A stretch of 64,000 nt of DNA from an uncultured Candidatus Rokubacteria bacterium (GTDB lineage: Bacteria; Methylomirabilota; Methylomirabilia; Rokubacteriales; CSP1-6). Positions 28,826 to 39,057 of the stretch are shown one piece after another; within the stretch, counting starts at the first letter, position 1; every line of letters begins with the position of its first letter. The translations under genes were made by a program, and so were the position numbers. The notes beneath the pieces were generated by a model, which made no database searches, was not told the DNA's origin, and was given only the letters and a program-made list of their open reading frames with translations. The stretch covers positions 416,001-480,000 of the forward strand of contig CAVYTA010000006.1 in NCBI GenBank assembly GCA_963771355.1. Reading direction: 5' to 3'.

Positions 28826-29953
28826 GTGAAGGGGAACGGCGCGAGCGCCAAGGGACTCCGGCAGGTCGCCTACTTCGACTGTCCCGGCGGCGGGCAGGTG
28901 GTGGTGGACGGCCACCTCGCCTGTATCGCGCACATGAAGGCCCCCCACGGCACGACCTTGGTCGATATTCGCGATCCTGCCTCTCCAAAGCGCGTGGCAA
29001 CACTAGATGTTCCGCCGGGCACGCACTCCCACAAGGTGCGCGCCGCCAACGGTCTCATGCTCGTGAACCGCGAGGGCCACGGCGCGGGCGCGACGGGACC
29101 CGGCGGGGCGGGCGGGCTCCTCATCTACGACGTGTCCACGCCGGCGCGGCCACGCGAGCTCGCGTTCTGGCGCTGCGGCGGCCTGGGCGTCCATCGCTTC
29201 ACCTTCGACGGCCGCTACGCCTATATCTCGCCCGAGATGGACGGGTACGTGGGCAACATCGTCATGATCCTGGACCTCGCCGATCCCGCGCGGCCGGTCG
29301 AGGTGGGACGCTGGTGGATGCCCGGTCAGTGGACGGGCGGCGGCGAGACGCCGGGCTGGAAGGGACGCCAGCATCGCTGTCACCATCCCATTCGCCTCGG
29401 CGATCGGCTCTACGTGAGCTACTGGCACGGCGGCTTCGTCATCCTCGACGTCGCCGATCTGGCCAAGCCGCGCTTCGTGTCCGGGCTGGACTGGAGCCCC
29501 CCGTTCCTCACGCCCACCCACACCGCGCTGCCGGTGCCGTTTCCGATCGCCGGCCGTCGGATCCTGATCGTCGCCGACGAGGACGTGGCCAAGCTGGAGC
29601 CGGGCCCGCCCTCCTTCCTGTGGCTGGTGGACATCACCGACGAGCGCCGGCCGGTACCGTTCGCGAGCTTCCAGGTCGACGGCATCGACGGAGGTCCGCA
29701 GCCGGAGTTCACCGGCTGTCACCAGCCCTCCGAGCGAGTGACCGGCACCGAGATCCCGGTGGCCTGGTTCGCCCACGGGCTGCGGATTGTCGACATCGCG
29801 AAGCCCCACGCGCCGCTAGAGGTCGCGCATTTCCTTCCCCCCGTCCCCGAGGGCCACGACCGCGTCTCCAGCAACGACGTGTGCGTGGACGATCGCGGGC
29901 TCATCTACCTGATCGACCGGGGCCGCGGACTGCACATTCTCGAGCGGGTGTGA
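28826..29953 (+). CDS. LVIVD-repeat beta-propeller protein
   Basis: HSHKV, GVHR, ILDLADPARPVEVGRWW and GLRIVDI motifs; GTG 7 nt after TATAAT (alternative start ATG 28817). Confidence 0.8.
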   Translation: MKGNGASAKGLRQVAYFDCPGGGQVVVDGHLACIAHMKAPHGTTLVDIRDPASPKRVATLDVPPGTHSHKVRAANGLMLVNREGHGAGATGPGGAGGLLIYDVSTPARPRELAFWRCGGLGVHRFTFDGRYAYISPEMDGYVGNIVMILDLADPARPVEVGRWWMPGQWTGGGETPGWKGRQHRCHHPIRLGDRLYVSYWHGGFVILDVADLAKPRFVSGLDWSPPFLTPTHTALPVPFPIAGRRILIVADEDVAKLEPGPPSFLWLVDITDERRPVPFASFQVDGIDGGPQPEFTGCHQPSERVTGTEIPVAWFAHGLRIVDIAKPHAPLEVAHFLPPVPEGHDRVSSNDVCVDDRGLIYLIDRGRGLHILERV

Positions 29954-31572
29954 GCGCCGCGCCGTCGGACACCGCCGCGCCGCCCGACGAGGCCCCGATC
30001 GGGTCGGCCCGGAAATGGGCCATCACGGCCTCGGTGATGGTCGTCACGGTGATGCAGGTGCTCGACGTCACCGTGACCAATGTCGCGCTCCCGCATATCC
30101 AGGGCTCGCTCTCCGCGGGCGTGGACGAGGTGTCGTGGGTGCTCACGTCCTATCTCGCCGCCAACGCGGTGGTGCTGCCCGCCACCGGCTGGCTGGCGGG
30201 TGCGCTCGGCCGCAAGCGCCTCTTCCTCGGCTGCACCGTCATGTTCACCGCCGCCTCCGTGCTCTGCGGGCTGGCGCCGAACATCACCTGGCTCCTGGTG
30301 GCGCGTCTGCTCCAGGGCATCGGCGGGGGGCCGCTGATGCCGCTGTCGCAGGCCATCATGTGGGAGATCTTCCCGCTGCGGCAGCGCGGCATGGCGATGG
30401 CGGCGTGGGGGGTGGGCATCATGATGGCGCCCATCTTCGGCCCCACCCTGGGCGGCTGGATCTCGGACAACTGGTCCTGGCGCTGGATCTTCTACATCAA
30501 CGTGCCGATCGGCGTGCTGGGTCTGTTCGCGGCCAGCGCGGTGCTCTTCGATCCTCCGTATCTCAAGCGGCCCGGGCGGGTGGACGTGCTGGGCCTCGTC
30601 CTCATGGCGGTGGGCTTTCTCTCGTTGCAGCTCTTCCTGGATCAGGGTGAGCGCAACGAATGGTTCGAGTCCTATGCCATCATCGGGCTCGCCCTCCTTG
30701 CCTCCTCCACCCTGATCGGGTTCCTCCTGCGGTCGCTCACCGTGGACGAGCCCATCCTCGACCTCACCGTATACGCCGACCGCAACTTCGCCGCGTCCAG
30801 CCTCATCATGCTGGTGGTCATGATGGGCTTCTTCTCCAGCATGGTGCTGCTGGCGCTGTTCACCCAGCGCGTGCTCGGCTACGACGCCTGGACGTCCGGC
30901 CTGGTGCTGGCGCCGGGCGGGGTCGGCAACCTCCTTTCCCTGGTCATCGCGGGGCGGCTCATCACGAGAATCGACCAGCGCTGGCTGCTGGCACTGGGCT
31001 GCATTCTCAACGCCTATGCCGTCTACGTCATGTCCGAGGTCACGCTGGGGATGGACTACTGGTCGCTCGCCTGGCCGCGCTTCATCCAGGGCGCGGGCGT
31101 GGGCTTCATCTTCGTGCCGCTGAACACGGTGGCGCTCGCCACCATCGCGCGGGAGAAGATGGGCAATGCCACCGCCGCGCTCAATGTCGTCCGCAACCTC
31201 GGGGGGGCCATCGGAGTGGCGGTGATGACCACGCTTCTGGCCCGGCGGAGCCAGGAGCACCAGTCCACCCTCGTGGGCCACGTCAATATCTACGATCCCG
31301 AGACCGCGGAGCGCTTGCGCGTCTGGGCCCGGCACTTCACCGCCGCCGGCGCCGACGCCTTCACCGCCCAGAAGCAGGCGGTGGGCATGCTGTACCGCGA
31401 GGTCACCCGCCAGTCCGAGCTGCTCGCCTTTGCCGACGATTTCTGGATCCTGTTCGTGCTGTTCTGCGGGTCGCTCCTGCTCCTGCCGCTCCTCGAGCGG
31501 GTGCGGATCGATGCGCCCTCGAAGAAGCGCGGGGATCCGGCGGCGGAGCCGGCCCCCCTGATCGTGGAGTAG
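29950..31572 (+). CDS. DHA2 family (EmrB/QacA) MFS efflux permease
   Basis: LDVTVTNVALP, WVLTSYLAAN, GPTLGGW and WRWIFYINVP motifs. Confidence 0.92.
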   Translation: MSAAPSDTAAPPDEAPIGSARKWAITASVMVVTVMQVLDVTVTNVALPHIQGSLSAGVDEVSWVLTSYLAANAVVLPATGWLAGALGRKRLFLGCTVMFTAASVLCGLAPNITWLLVARLLQGIGGGPLMPLSQAIMWEIFPLRQRGMAMAAWGVGIMMAPIFGPTLGGWISDNWSWRWIFYINVPIGVLGLFAASAVLFDPPYLKRPGRVDVLGLVLMAVGFLSLQLFLDQGERNEWFESYAIIGLALLASSTLIGFLLRSLTVDEPILDLTVYADRNFAASSLIMLVVMMGFFSSMVLLALFTQRVLGYDAWTSGLVLAPGGVGNLLSLVIAGRLITRIDQRWLLALGCILNAYAVYVMSEVTLGMDYWSLAWPRFIQGAGVGFIFVPLNTVALATIAREKMGNATAALNVVRNLGGAIGVAVMTTLLARRSQEHQSTLVGHVNIYDPETAERLRVWARHFTAAGADAFTAQKQAVGMLYREVTRQSELLAFADDFWILFVLFCGSLLLLPLLERVRIDAPSKKRGDPAAEPAPLIVE

Positions 31573-31583
31573 GCTGGAGCCGC

Positions 31584-32471
31584 CTAGAGGTTCGGGAGCA
31601 CGCTGGCCGCGAAGAGCCAGGTGCCCTCGGGGCGGGGCGCGTCGGCGAAGTTCACGGTGAGCCGCTGCGCGCCCTGGGCGAGGATGCCCTGCAGGGCATC
31701 CGTCACCTGCGCCGGCGTGCCGGCCAGGCGAATGTCCCGCATGGGCCGGACATGGGGCGCGCTCTTGAGCCGCTCCACCTCGCGCTCGGTCTCGGCGATG
31801 AGGATGCCCACCCGCACCACCTGGGTGATGGTGTCGTAGTCGCGCCCGACCTCGCGGCAGTGCGCCTTCAGCACCTCCTGCTTGTGGGCATAGGTCGGCG
31901 CGTCCCGGAAGCTGTAGTTCCACCAGTCCGCGTGCTGGGCCACCGCCCGCAGCAGGTACTTCTCGCCGTGACCGCCCACCAGGATGGGGGGCACCGGGTC
32001 GGGGCGCGGCTCGCAGTAGGCGCCGGTGATCTGATAGTGCTCACCCTGGTAGCTGGCGGGGGCGTCGCGCCACATCCGGCGGATGAGCTCGATGGCCTCG
32101 CCGAGCTGGGCGATGCGCACGCGGGTGGGAGGAAACGGCCAGCCGTAGGCGCGGTATTCCTCCTCGTTCCAGCCCGCCCCGATGCCCAGGACGACGCGCC
32201 CGCCCGACAGCGCCTGGGCGGTCGCCGCCATCTTGGCGAGGTGCGCGGGATTGCGGAAGCTGTTGCACAGCACCTCGTGGCTGCAGAGCTTGTCCGGATA
32301 GCGGGCCAGCGCGTAGGCGAAGAGCGTCCAGCCCTCCGCGACCGGGTGCGCCGCATACTGGACGTGATCCGGGAACCAGAGGGAGTCGAACGGGTGCGCG
32401 GTCTGGTCCAGGTACGGGAAGGTGGCGGCGACGAGGCGCGACCAGACATTGAGACCGACAGGGACGGGCAA
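31584..32471 (-). CDS. LLM class flavin-dependent oxidoreductase
   Basis: WFPDH, RNPAHLAKMAAT..LSGGR..LGIGAGW and ILVGGHG motifs. Confidence 0.9.
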   Translation of the reverse strand: MPVPVGLNVWSRLVAATFPYLDQTAHPFDSLWFPDHVQYAAHPVAEGWTLFAYALARYPDKLCSHEVLCNSFRNPAHLAKMAATAQALSGGRVVLGIGAGWNEEEYRAYGWPFPPTRVRIAQLGEAIELIRRMWRDAPASYQGEHYQITGAYCEPRPDPVPPILVGGHGEKYLLRAVAQHADWWNYSFRDAPTYAHKQEVLKAHCREVGRDYDTITQVVRVGILIAETEREVERLKSAPHVRPMRDIRLAGTPAQVTDALQGILAQGAQRLTVNFADAPRPEGTWLFAASVLPNL

Positions 32472-32498
32472 GGGCGCTCTCCGTGAGGCCGGCCGGCG

Positions 32499-33464
32499 TT
32501 AGAACCAGCTGGCCTTGTCGACGACATTGCGCAGCGGCTCGCCGGCGAGGAAGCGGCGGCAGTTGTCCATGACGATGGCGAAGCGCCGCTCGTCGAGGTG
32601 GGGACCGTAGCCCGCGGTGTGCGGGGTGATGAGCACGCCGGGCATGGTCCAGAGGGGATGGGCGGCGGGCAGCGGCTCCTCCTCGAAGACGTCGAGCGCC
32701 GCGCCCGCGATCTCGCCCGCCCGGAGCGCCGCCACCAGGTCGTCCAGGCGCGTGGTCAGGCCGCGCCCGATATTGATGAAGAAGGCGCTGCGCTTCATGC
32801 GCTGGAAGCGGGCGCGGCCCATGAAGCCCTGGGTGGCGGGCGTATGGGGCACGGTGAGGATGACGAAGTCCGCCTCGCCGAGCAGCGAGTCCAGCGCCTC
32901 CGGCCCGTCGAGCTTGAGCACGCCCGGCGGCGCGTCGCGGCGCCTCGCGTCCACGCCGATCACCCGCATCCCGAAGGCGGCGGCCACCCGCGCGGTCTCG
33001 GCCCCGATTCCGCCGACTCCCACGATGAGCGCGGTGGACCCGGGGAGGTGGACGACGGCCTCGTCCAGCGGCGCCGGGCGCCACTCGCGGCGAAGCTGCT
33101 GGGGCAGGTAGCGATGCAGCCCGCGCGCGAAGGCCAGCACGAAGGCCATGATGTGGGCCGCGATGTGATCGTTGTAGATCTCGCGGAAGTTCGTCACCAC
33201 CACGGGATGCGTCACGAGCCCCTCGTGATAGTAGCCGGCGGGCGGCGCCGCCTGGGGCGCCTGCAGCCAGCGGAGCCGCGTGGCATGGGCCAGGAGCGCG
33301 GGCGTGAGCGTGCCGAACGCGGCCTCCGCTCCCGGCAGCGCCTGCGCCGCGACGGCCTCGTCCTCGGCGATCACCACCTTCAGAGCGGGCAGCGCGGCGG
33401 CGATCCGGGCCCCCCAGTCGCGGGTCTTGTCCGACTGGGGCGGCAGCATGACCAGGGTGGGCAT
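32499..33464 (-). CDS. D-2-hydroxyacid dehydrogenase family protein
   Basis: GVGGIG, FINIGRG, LDVFEEEP and TPHTAG motifs. Confidence 0.9.
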   Translation of the reverse strand: MPTLVMLPPQSDKTRDWGARIAAALPALKVVIAEDEAVAAQALPGAEAAFGTLTPALLAHATRLRWLQAPQAAPPAGYYHEGLVTHPVVVTNFREIYNDHIAAHIMAFVLAFARGLHRYLPQQLRREWRPAPLDEAVVHLPGSTALIVGVGGIGAETARVAAAFGMRVIGVDARRRDAPPGVLKLDGPEALDSLLGEADFVILTVPHTPATQGFMGRARFQRMKRSAFFINIGRGLTTRLDDLVAALRAGEIAGAALDVFEEEPLPAAHPLWTMPGVLITPHTAGYGPHLDERRFAIVMDNCRRFLAGEPLRNVVDKASWF

Positions 33465-33575
33465 AGGGCTCGACCCTACGCCATGCCGCCGCCCAGCGTC
33501 AACGCGGCGAGTCCCCAACGCAGGCATGGGATGATGCGCTGACGCGCACCCCCGACGGATCAAGGAGGATCCCGA

Positions 33576-34388
33576 ATGCTCATCGACCTCAAGGGAAAGG
33601 TCGCCCTCGTCACCGGGGCCGGCCGCGGCATCGGCCGTGAGATCGCCACCACGCTGGCCGCCGAGGGCGCCATCACCGTGGTCACCGACGTACGGCCGGA
33701 GTACCTGGACGCGCTCACTGCGGAGTGGAAGGCCCGCGGGTGGCGCGGCGAGCATCAGCGCTGTGACGTCCGCGACGCGGCGCGCATCGCGGAGGTGGTG
33801 GGCGCGGTGGTGGCGGCCCACGGCCGGATCGACATCCTCGTCAACAATGCCGGCGTCGCGCCGGGCGGTCCCATCGAGACCTTGTCCGAGGAGGTGTGGG
33901 ACCTCAACCAGGACGTGAACCTGAAGGGGACCTTCCTCATGTGCCGGGCGGTGGCGCCGGTGATGAAGCGGCAGCGCGGGGGCCGGATCATCAATGCCGC
34001 GTCCTACGCCGCCATCACGCCCATCGTGGGCGGCGCCGCCTATGCCGCGTCCAAGGCGGGCGTGCACTACTTCACCCGCGTGCTGGCAGGGGAGCTCGGC
34101 CCCTGGAACGTCACCGTGAACTGCTATGCCCCGGGCATGATCCCCACCGAGATGAACCACTTCGACGAAGCGCCGGCCGAGCGGCAGCGCCGGCTCCTCG
34201 ACACGCTGACCATACGCCATTGGGGGAGAGCGCGGGACGTGGCCAATCTCGTCTGCTTCCTGGCCTCGGACCACGCCGCCTACATCACGGGGACGCTCAT
34301 CGACGTGAGCGGGGGCAAGCTCGCGACCCAGATCCCGCGCCTGGCCTGGGAGGCTGCGGCGGAGGCGGGCGAGGTGACCTTGGAGTAG
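33576..34388 (+). CDS. SDR family oxidoreductase
   Basis: TGAGRGIG, NNAG and YAASK motifs; AGGAGG SD. Confidence 0.92.
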   Translation: MLIDLKGKVALVTGAGRGIGREIATTLAAEGAITVVTDVRPEYLDALTAEWKARGWRGEHQRCDVRDAARIAEVVGAVVAAHGRIDILVNNAGVAPGGPIETLSEEVWDLNQDVNLKGTFLMCRAVAPVMKRQRGGRIINAASYAAITPIVGGAAYAASKAGVHYFTRVLAGELGPWNVTVNCYAPGMIPTEMNHFDEAPAERQRRLLDTLTIRHWGRARDVANLVCFLASDHAAYITGTLIDVSGGKLATQIPRLAWEAAAEAGEVTLE

Positions 34389-34401
34389 TTGCAGTTGGGG
34401 A

Positions 34402-35352
34402 CTAGCCCCCCAGCACGCCCTGGGCGTTGACGTAGATCGAGTAGATCGACTGGCTGCCCGCGAGGAAGAGCCGGTTGCGCTTGGCTCCGCCGAAGCAGAG
34501 GTTGGCGCACCGCTCCGGCGTGAGGATGCGCCCGATGAGCTGACCCTCCGGGTTGAACACCGCCACGCCGTCGTGGCCCTCGCCCCCGCCCCAGCCGCAC
34601 CAGAGATTGCCCTCGGTATCGCAGCGCATGCCGTCCGGAATGCCGGCGCCCGTATTGATGAAGACGCGCTCGTTGGCCAGCCGGGTGCCGCCGTCCACCA
34701 CGTCGAAGACGCGGATCTCGCGGGGCATGGCGCCGCTCACCACCACGTAGAGGCGCGACTCGTCGGGAGAGAAGCAGAGCCCGTTGGGCCGGGGGATGGC
34801 GTCGGTGACCACGGCGGCGCGGCCGGTACGGCCGTCGAGACGATAGACGCTCGTCGGCAATTCTGGCTCGGCCACGTGGCCTTCGTAGTTGCCGAGAATG
34901 CCGAAGGGCGGGTCGGTGAACCAGATGGAGTCGTCGGACTTCACCACCACGTCGTTGGGAGAGTTGAGGCGGCGGCCGTCGAAGCGGTCGAGCAGCACGG
35001 TGATGGTTCCGTCGTACTCGGTGCGGGTGACGCGCCGGCTGTCGTGCTCGCAGGTGACGAGCCGGCCCTGGCGGTCCCGCGTATTGCCGTTGGCGAAGTT
35101 CGACGGCTTGCGGAACACGCTCACGCGCCCCGTCTCCTCCTCCCAGCGGAGGATGCGGTCGTTCGGGATGTCGCTCCAGAGGAGGTAGCGGCCGTCGCCG
35201 AACCAGACGGGCCCCTCCGCCCAGCGAAAGCCGGTGGCGAGGCGCTCCAGCGCCGACTGGAAGATCCGGAACTTGGCGAACGAGGGATCGAGGATCTGGA
35301 CGGCGGGATCGGGATAGCGCACCGGGTTCCGCTCCGCGGGCTCCTGCTCCAT
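34402..35352 (-). CDS. SMP-30/gluconolactonase family protein
   Basis: WAEGPVW, LNSPND, PNGLCFSPD and PDGMRCD motifs; paralog of 1102-2334 without the Tat signal. Confidence 0.9.
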   Translation of the reverse strand: MEQEPAERNPVRYPDPAVQILDPSFAKFRIFQSALERLATGFRWAEGPVWFGDGRYLLWSDIPNDRILRWEEETGRVSVFRKPSNFANGNTRDRQGRLVTCEHDSRRVTRTEYDGTITVLLDRFDGRRLNSPNDVVVKSDDSIWFTDPPFGILGNYEGHVAEPELPTSVYRLDGRTGRAAVVTDAIPRPNGLCFSPDESRLYVVVSGAMPREIRVFDVVDGGTRLANERVFINTGAGIPDGMRCDTEGNLWCGWGGGEGHDGVAVFNPEGQLIGRILTPERCANLCFGGAKRNRLFLAGSQSIYSIYVNAQGVLGG

Positions 35353-35476
35353 GAGTGGCTCCTTGTGTGGGCCGCGCACGGGACAGGTGGCGACCGGCCC
35401 GACCTTAGCCCGCCGCCGGGCAGGGGGTCAAGGGAGGCTCCGTGCGTGCTAGTCTAGGCGCCGGAGGTGGCGAGCG

Positions 35477-36802
35477 ATGCTGAGCGCGGAAGACAATGAG
35501 CTGCTGACGCGGACAGGTCCCGGCACCGCGATGGGCGCCCTCCTTCGCCACTACTGGATTCCCGTGGTGCAGTCGGCGGAGCTGCCCCCGGGCGGCCGGG
35601 TCAAGCGGGTCGCGCTGCTCGGCGAGCGGCTGATCGCGCATCGCACCCCCGAAGGCCGGCCCGGCCTGGTCGCCGAGGTCTGCCCGCACCGCGGGGCCTC
35701 GCTCTACTTCGGGCGGAACGAGGACGGCGGCATGCGCTGCCCGTATCACGGCTGGAAGTTCGGGCTGGACGGGCAGTGCGTGGACATGCCGAGCGAGCCG
35801 GCGGAGTCGGGCTTCGCGGCCAAGGTGCGCACCGCGGCCTACCCGTGCGCGGAGGCCGGCGGAGTGATCTGGGCCTACATGGGCCCGGCGAGCCCGCCGC
35901 CGCCCTTGCCCGAGCTCGAGTGGACGCTCCTGCCGGAGCGCCACCTCTTCATCTCCAAGCGTGTCCAGGACTGTAACTGGTTCCAGGCCCTGGAAGGCGG
36001 TATCGATTCCAGCCATATCTCGTTCCTCCACGCGCCCATCCGGCACACCGACAGCGCGGTCACGCAGGACATGGACCGCGCGAGCTTCGGGGTGGGGGCG
36101 GCGGTGGAGACGGGAGACAAGGCGCCGCGCTTCGAGGTGGTGGACACCGACTACGGTGTCCTCATCGGCGCCCAGCGCCGCCAGCCCGACGGGCAGGCGT
36201 ACTGGCGCATCTCGCAGTACCTGCTGCCCTTCCACACCATGCCGCCCGCGGATGTCGACGACCACATCGTGCAGTCGCATATCTGGGTGCCGATGGACGA
36301 CACCCACGTCGTCAACTGGATGGTGACCTGGCATACCGAGCGGCCGCTCACCGAGGAGGAGATCGCGGTGCACGCCGCCGGCAAGGGCGCGCATGTGTGC
36401 GAGTTCGCGCCGCCCACGCCCGAGCCCTACGGGGACATCCGCACCGCCGCCACCCGCGACAACGACTACCACATGGACTGGGAGGTGCACCGGACGCGGA
36501 TGTACTGCGGCATCCCCGGCTTCGGGGTCCAGGACCAGGCCATACAGGAAAGTCAGGGGCCCATCGTCGATCGCGCGCAGGAGCGGCTCGGCACCAGCGA
36601 CACCGCGATCATCCAGGTGCGCCGGCTCCTCATGGCGGCGGCGCGCGCGCTTCGCGAGCGCGGGACCCCGCCGCCGGGGCTGAATCCCGCGTCCTATCTG
36701 GTTCGCTCGGCCTCGGCGGTGCTGCCTCCCGGCGCGAGCTGGGTGGAGGGCACGCGGGACCGCATCGTCGTGAAGCCGGATCGTCCCCTCACCTTCGCCT
36801 GA
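35477..36802 (+). CDS. Rieske non-heme iron oxygenase alpha subunit (phthalate 4,5-dioxygenase-like)
   Basis: CPHRG..CPYHGW Rieske motif; DSSHISFLH mononuclear iron motif. Confidence 0.9.
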   Translation: MLSAEDNELLTRTGPGTAMGALLRHYWIPVVQSAELPPGGRVKRVALLGERLIAHRTPEGRPGLVAEVCPHRGASLYFGRNEDGGMRCPYHGWKFGLDGQCVDMPSEPAESGFAAKVRTAAYPCAEAGGVIWAYMGPASPPPPLPELEWTLLPERHLFISKRVQDCNWFQALEGGIDSSHISFLHAPIRHTDSAVTQDMDRASFGVGAAVETGDKAPRFEVVDTDYGVLIGAQRRQPDGQAYWRISQYLLPFHTMPPADVDDHIVQSHIWVPMDDTHVVNWMVTWHTERPLTEEEIAVHAAGKGAHVCEFAPPTPEPYGDIRTAATRDNDYHMDWEVHRTRMYCGIPGFGVQDQAIQESQGPIVDRAQERLGTSDTAIIQVRRLLMAAARALRERGTPPPGLNPASYLVRSASAVLPPGASWVEGTRDRIVVKPDRPLTFA

Positions 36803-36809
36803 GCCGCCC

Positions 36810-37586
36810 GTGCCCGGACGCATGGCCGGCCGCGTCGCCCTCGTCACGGGCGGCGGCGGCGGTATCGGGGAAGCCACCGCTCGCCTGTTCGCCGAGGAAG
36901 GTGCCGCGGTCGCTCTGGTCGATGCCGATGGGAAGGCGGTGGAGGCGGCAGCGGCCGCCATTGCCCGCGATGTCCCGGGCGCCACCGTGATGGCCCTGGC
37001 CGCCGACCTCGCCCGCGAGGCGGAGGCCGGACGCGCGGTGGAGGCGGCGGTCACCCGGCTCGGCGCACTCCACACGCTCGTCAATGTGGCGGGCGTACGC
37101 GTCTACGCCGCCCTGGCCGACGCGGCGCCCGCCGACTGGGAGCGCATCATCGGCGTCAACGTGCTGGCCACCGCCTACTGCTGCCGGGCCGGCCTGCCCG
37201 CGCTCCGGGCCTCGAGGCGCGGGACCATCGTCAACGTCTCGTCGGTGTACGGGGTGATGGGACGCGCCGGCATGGGCCAGTACGACACCACCAAGGCAGC
37301 GGTGCTCGGATACACGCGGGCCCTGGCCGTCGAAGAGGCCCCGCATGGACTGCGGGTGAACGCCGTGTGTCCGGGGGGTACCATCACGCCCTACCACGTC
37401 CGCCGCGCCGCCAGCCAGGGCGTGTCGGAGGCCGTGCTGCGCACGCAGCGCGCCGACGCCAATCTCCTCGGCCGCTGGGCGGAGCCGCGGGAGGTCGCCT
37501 ATCCGATCCTGTTCCTCGCCGGGGACGAGTCGTCGTTCGTGACCGGCACCACCCTGATGGTCGACGGCGGCCGGTCGATATCCTGA
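36810..37586 (+). CDS. SDR family oxidoreductase
   Basis: TGGGGGIG and YDTTK motifs; alternative start ATG 36822. Confidence 0.9.
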   Translation: MPGRMAGRVALVTGGGGGIGEATARLFAEEGAAVALVDADGKAVEAAAAAIARDVPGATVMALAADLAREAEAGRAVEAAVTRLGALHTLVNVAGVRVYAALADAAPADWERIIGVNVLATAYCCRAGLPALRASRRGTIVNVSSVYGVMGRAGMGQYDTTKAAVLGYTRALAVEEAPHGLRVNAVCPGGTITPYHVRRAASQGVSEAVLRTQRADANLLGRWAEPREVAYPILFLAGDESSFVTGTTLMVDGGRSIS

Positions 37587-37626
37587 CCGGCCGCCGTGGG
37601 TGCGACGTCGCGCCGAGGCGTTGCGC

Positions 37627-38958
37627 CTAGGCTTCGTAGATCTTCTTCAGCTCGCCTTCGGCCCACTTCACGGCGTCCTCGGCCTTCATGCCCTGGACGG
37701 CCTTGGCGTACATGTCGGTGACGATGTACTTGGTGAAGGCCTCGGTGGCCTTGGCGGTGGAGGGCCCCGCATGGCCGAAGAGGCGCGTGTTCCGCGCCGC
37801 CGTCCGGAACATCTTGAGCGGCTCGTCCAGCTTGCCCCACATGGGCTCGTTCTCCCACTTCTTGGTGGAGCCGACCGAGTAGCCTTCCTGGGTGCCGAAC
37901 CACTTGCCGTAGTTCTCGGGCTTGTGGAGCCAGGTAAGGAGGTCCTTGGCGAGCTTCTGGTTCTTGCCGTACTTCATGACCGCGTGCGACTGGTTGAGGA
38001 AGAGGAGATAGGATCCGGCGGGCCCGGCGGGGAGCGGCGCGTGGTCGATGTCCGTCCACAGCGGCTCACCCTTGTCGTCCTTGATCTTCTCCTTCTGCCG
38101 CTTGGCCACGATGTAGATGGAGGCGCCGTTCAGGGTGGCGGAGAGCTCGCCGGCGTGGAAGGCGCGGTTGTTGTTGGTGTCGTCCCAGGCCAGGCCGCCC
38201 TCGTCGCAGCACTCCTTCCAGAACGCCTGCATGAACTTCACCGACTCCAGCGCGCCCTTGCTCTCGAGGACGACCTTCTTGCCGGTCTTGTCGGTCTCGG
38301 CCCCGCCGAAGGCCCACAGCATGGGATAGGTGAAGGTGGGGGCGTCGCCGAAGGTGTGACCGAGGGTCTGGCCGTAGGGCTTGCCCTTCTTCTTGAGGAC
38401 AGCGAAGAGCTTGCGGGTGTCGTCCCACGTCTTGGGATACTGACTGGCGCCGGCCTCTTTGAGCCACGACTTGCGGTAGGCCACCGCGTTGCCCACGATC
38501 GAGTGCGGCACCGAGAGCCACTTGCCGTTGACCTGGCAGGACGGCCCCCAGACCTCGTAGAAGCCGCCCTCGGCCTTGGCGAGGGCGTTGGCGACGTCGG
38601 ACACGTCGACCACGGCGTTCTGGTAAAGGTGCGCCCAGTTGTACTGGAAGTTGAAGATGTCGGCGCCGGAGCCGGACTGGACGGCGGCGGTGATGCGGGG
38701 CTGGAGGTCGTTGGCGTTGATGGTCTCCAGCGTGACCTCGGCGCCGAGCGCCTTGGAGGCTTCCGGCATCTGGCGCTTGAGCTCGACGTCGGACTCGGGG
38801 ATGAAGTCCACCCAGCGCACCCAGTGGAGCTTGGTGCCCTGGGCGAAGGCGGGCGCGCGGCGCGCGGCGAGGATGCCTTCGATTCCGCCCGCCGCCGCGG
38901 CGGCGGCCCCCGCCGTCTTGACGAAGGTGCGGCGGTTCATCGATCCGGGAGCGCTCAT
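37627..38958 (-). CDS. Tat-exported extracellular solute-binding protein (carbohydrate ABC type)
   Basis: NRRTFVK twin-arginine signal; YPKTWDD and WDDTNNNRAF motifs. Confidence 0.85.
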   Translation of the reverse strand: MSAPGSMNRRTFVKTAGAAAAAAGGIEGILAARRAPAFAQGTKLHWVRWVDFIPESDVELKRQMPEASKALGAEVTLETINANDLQPRITAAVQSGSGADIFNFQYNWAHLYQNAVVDVSDVANALAKAEGGFYEVWGPSCQVNGKWLSVPHSIVGNAVAYRKSWLKEAGASQYPKTWDDTRKLFAVLKKKGKPYGQTLGHTFGDAPTFTYPMLWAFGGAETDKTGKKVVLESKGALESVKFMQAFWKECCDEGGLAWDDTNNNRAFHAGELSATLNGASIYIVAKRQKEKIKDDKGEPLWTDIDHAPLPAGPAGSYLLFLNQSHAVMKYGKNQKLAKDLLTWLHKPENYGKWFGTQEGYSVGSTKKWENEPMWGKLDEPLKMFRTAARNTRLFGHAGPSTAKATEAFTKYIVTDMYAKAVQGMKAEDAVKWAEGELKKIYEA

Positions 38959-39057
38959 GATGTCCTCCTTGACGTGGGACAGCCTTGACGGGTGCACAGC
39001 TCGCCGCTAGGCTACTACTTCCGAAAACAGGAAGCAAAGGACAAAGGAGAAGCGCGC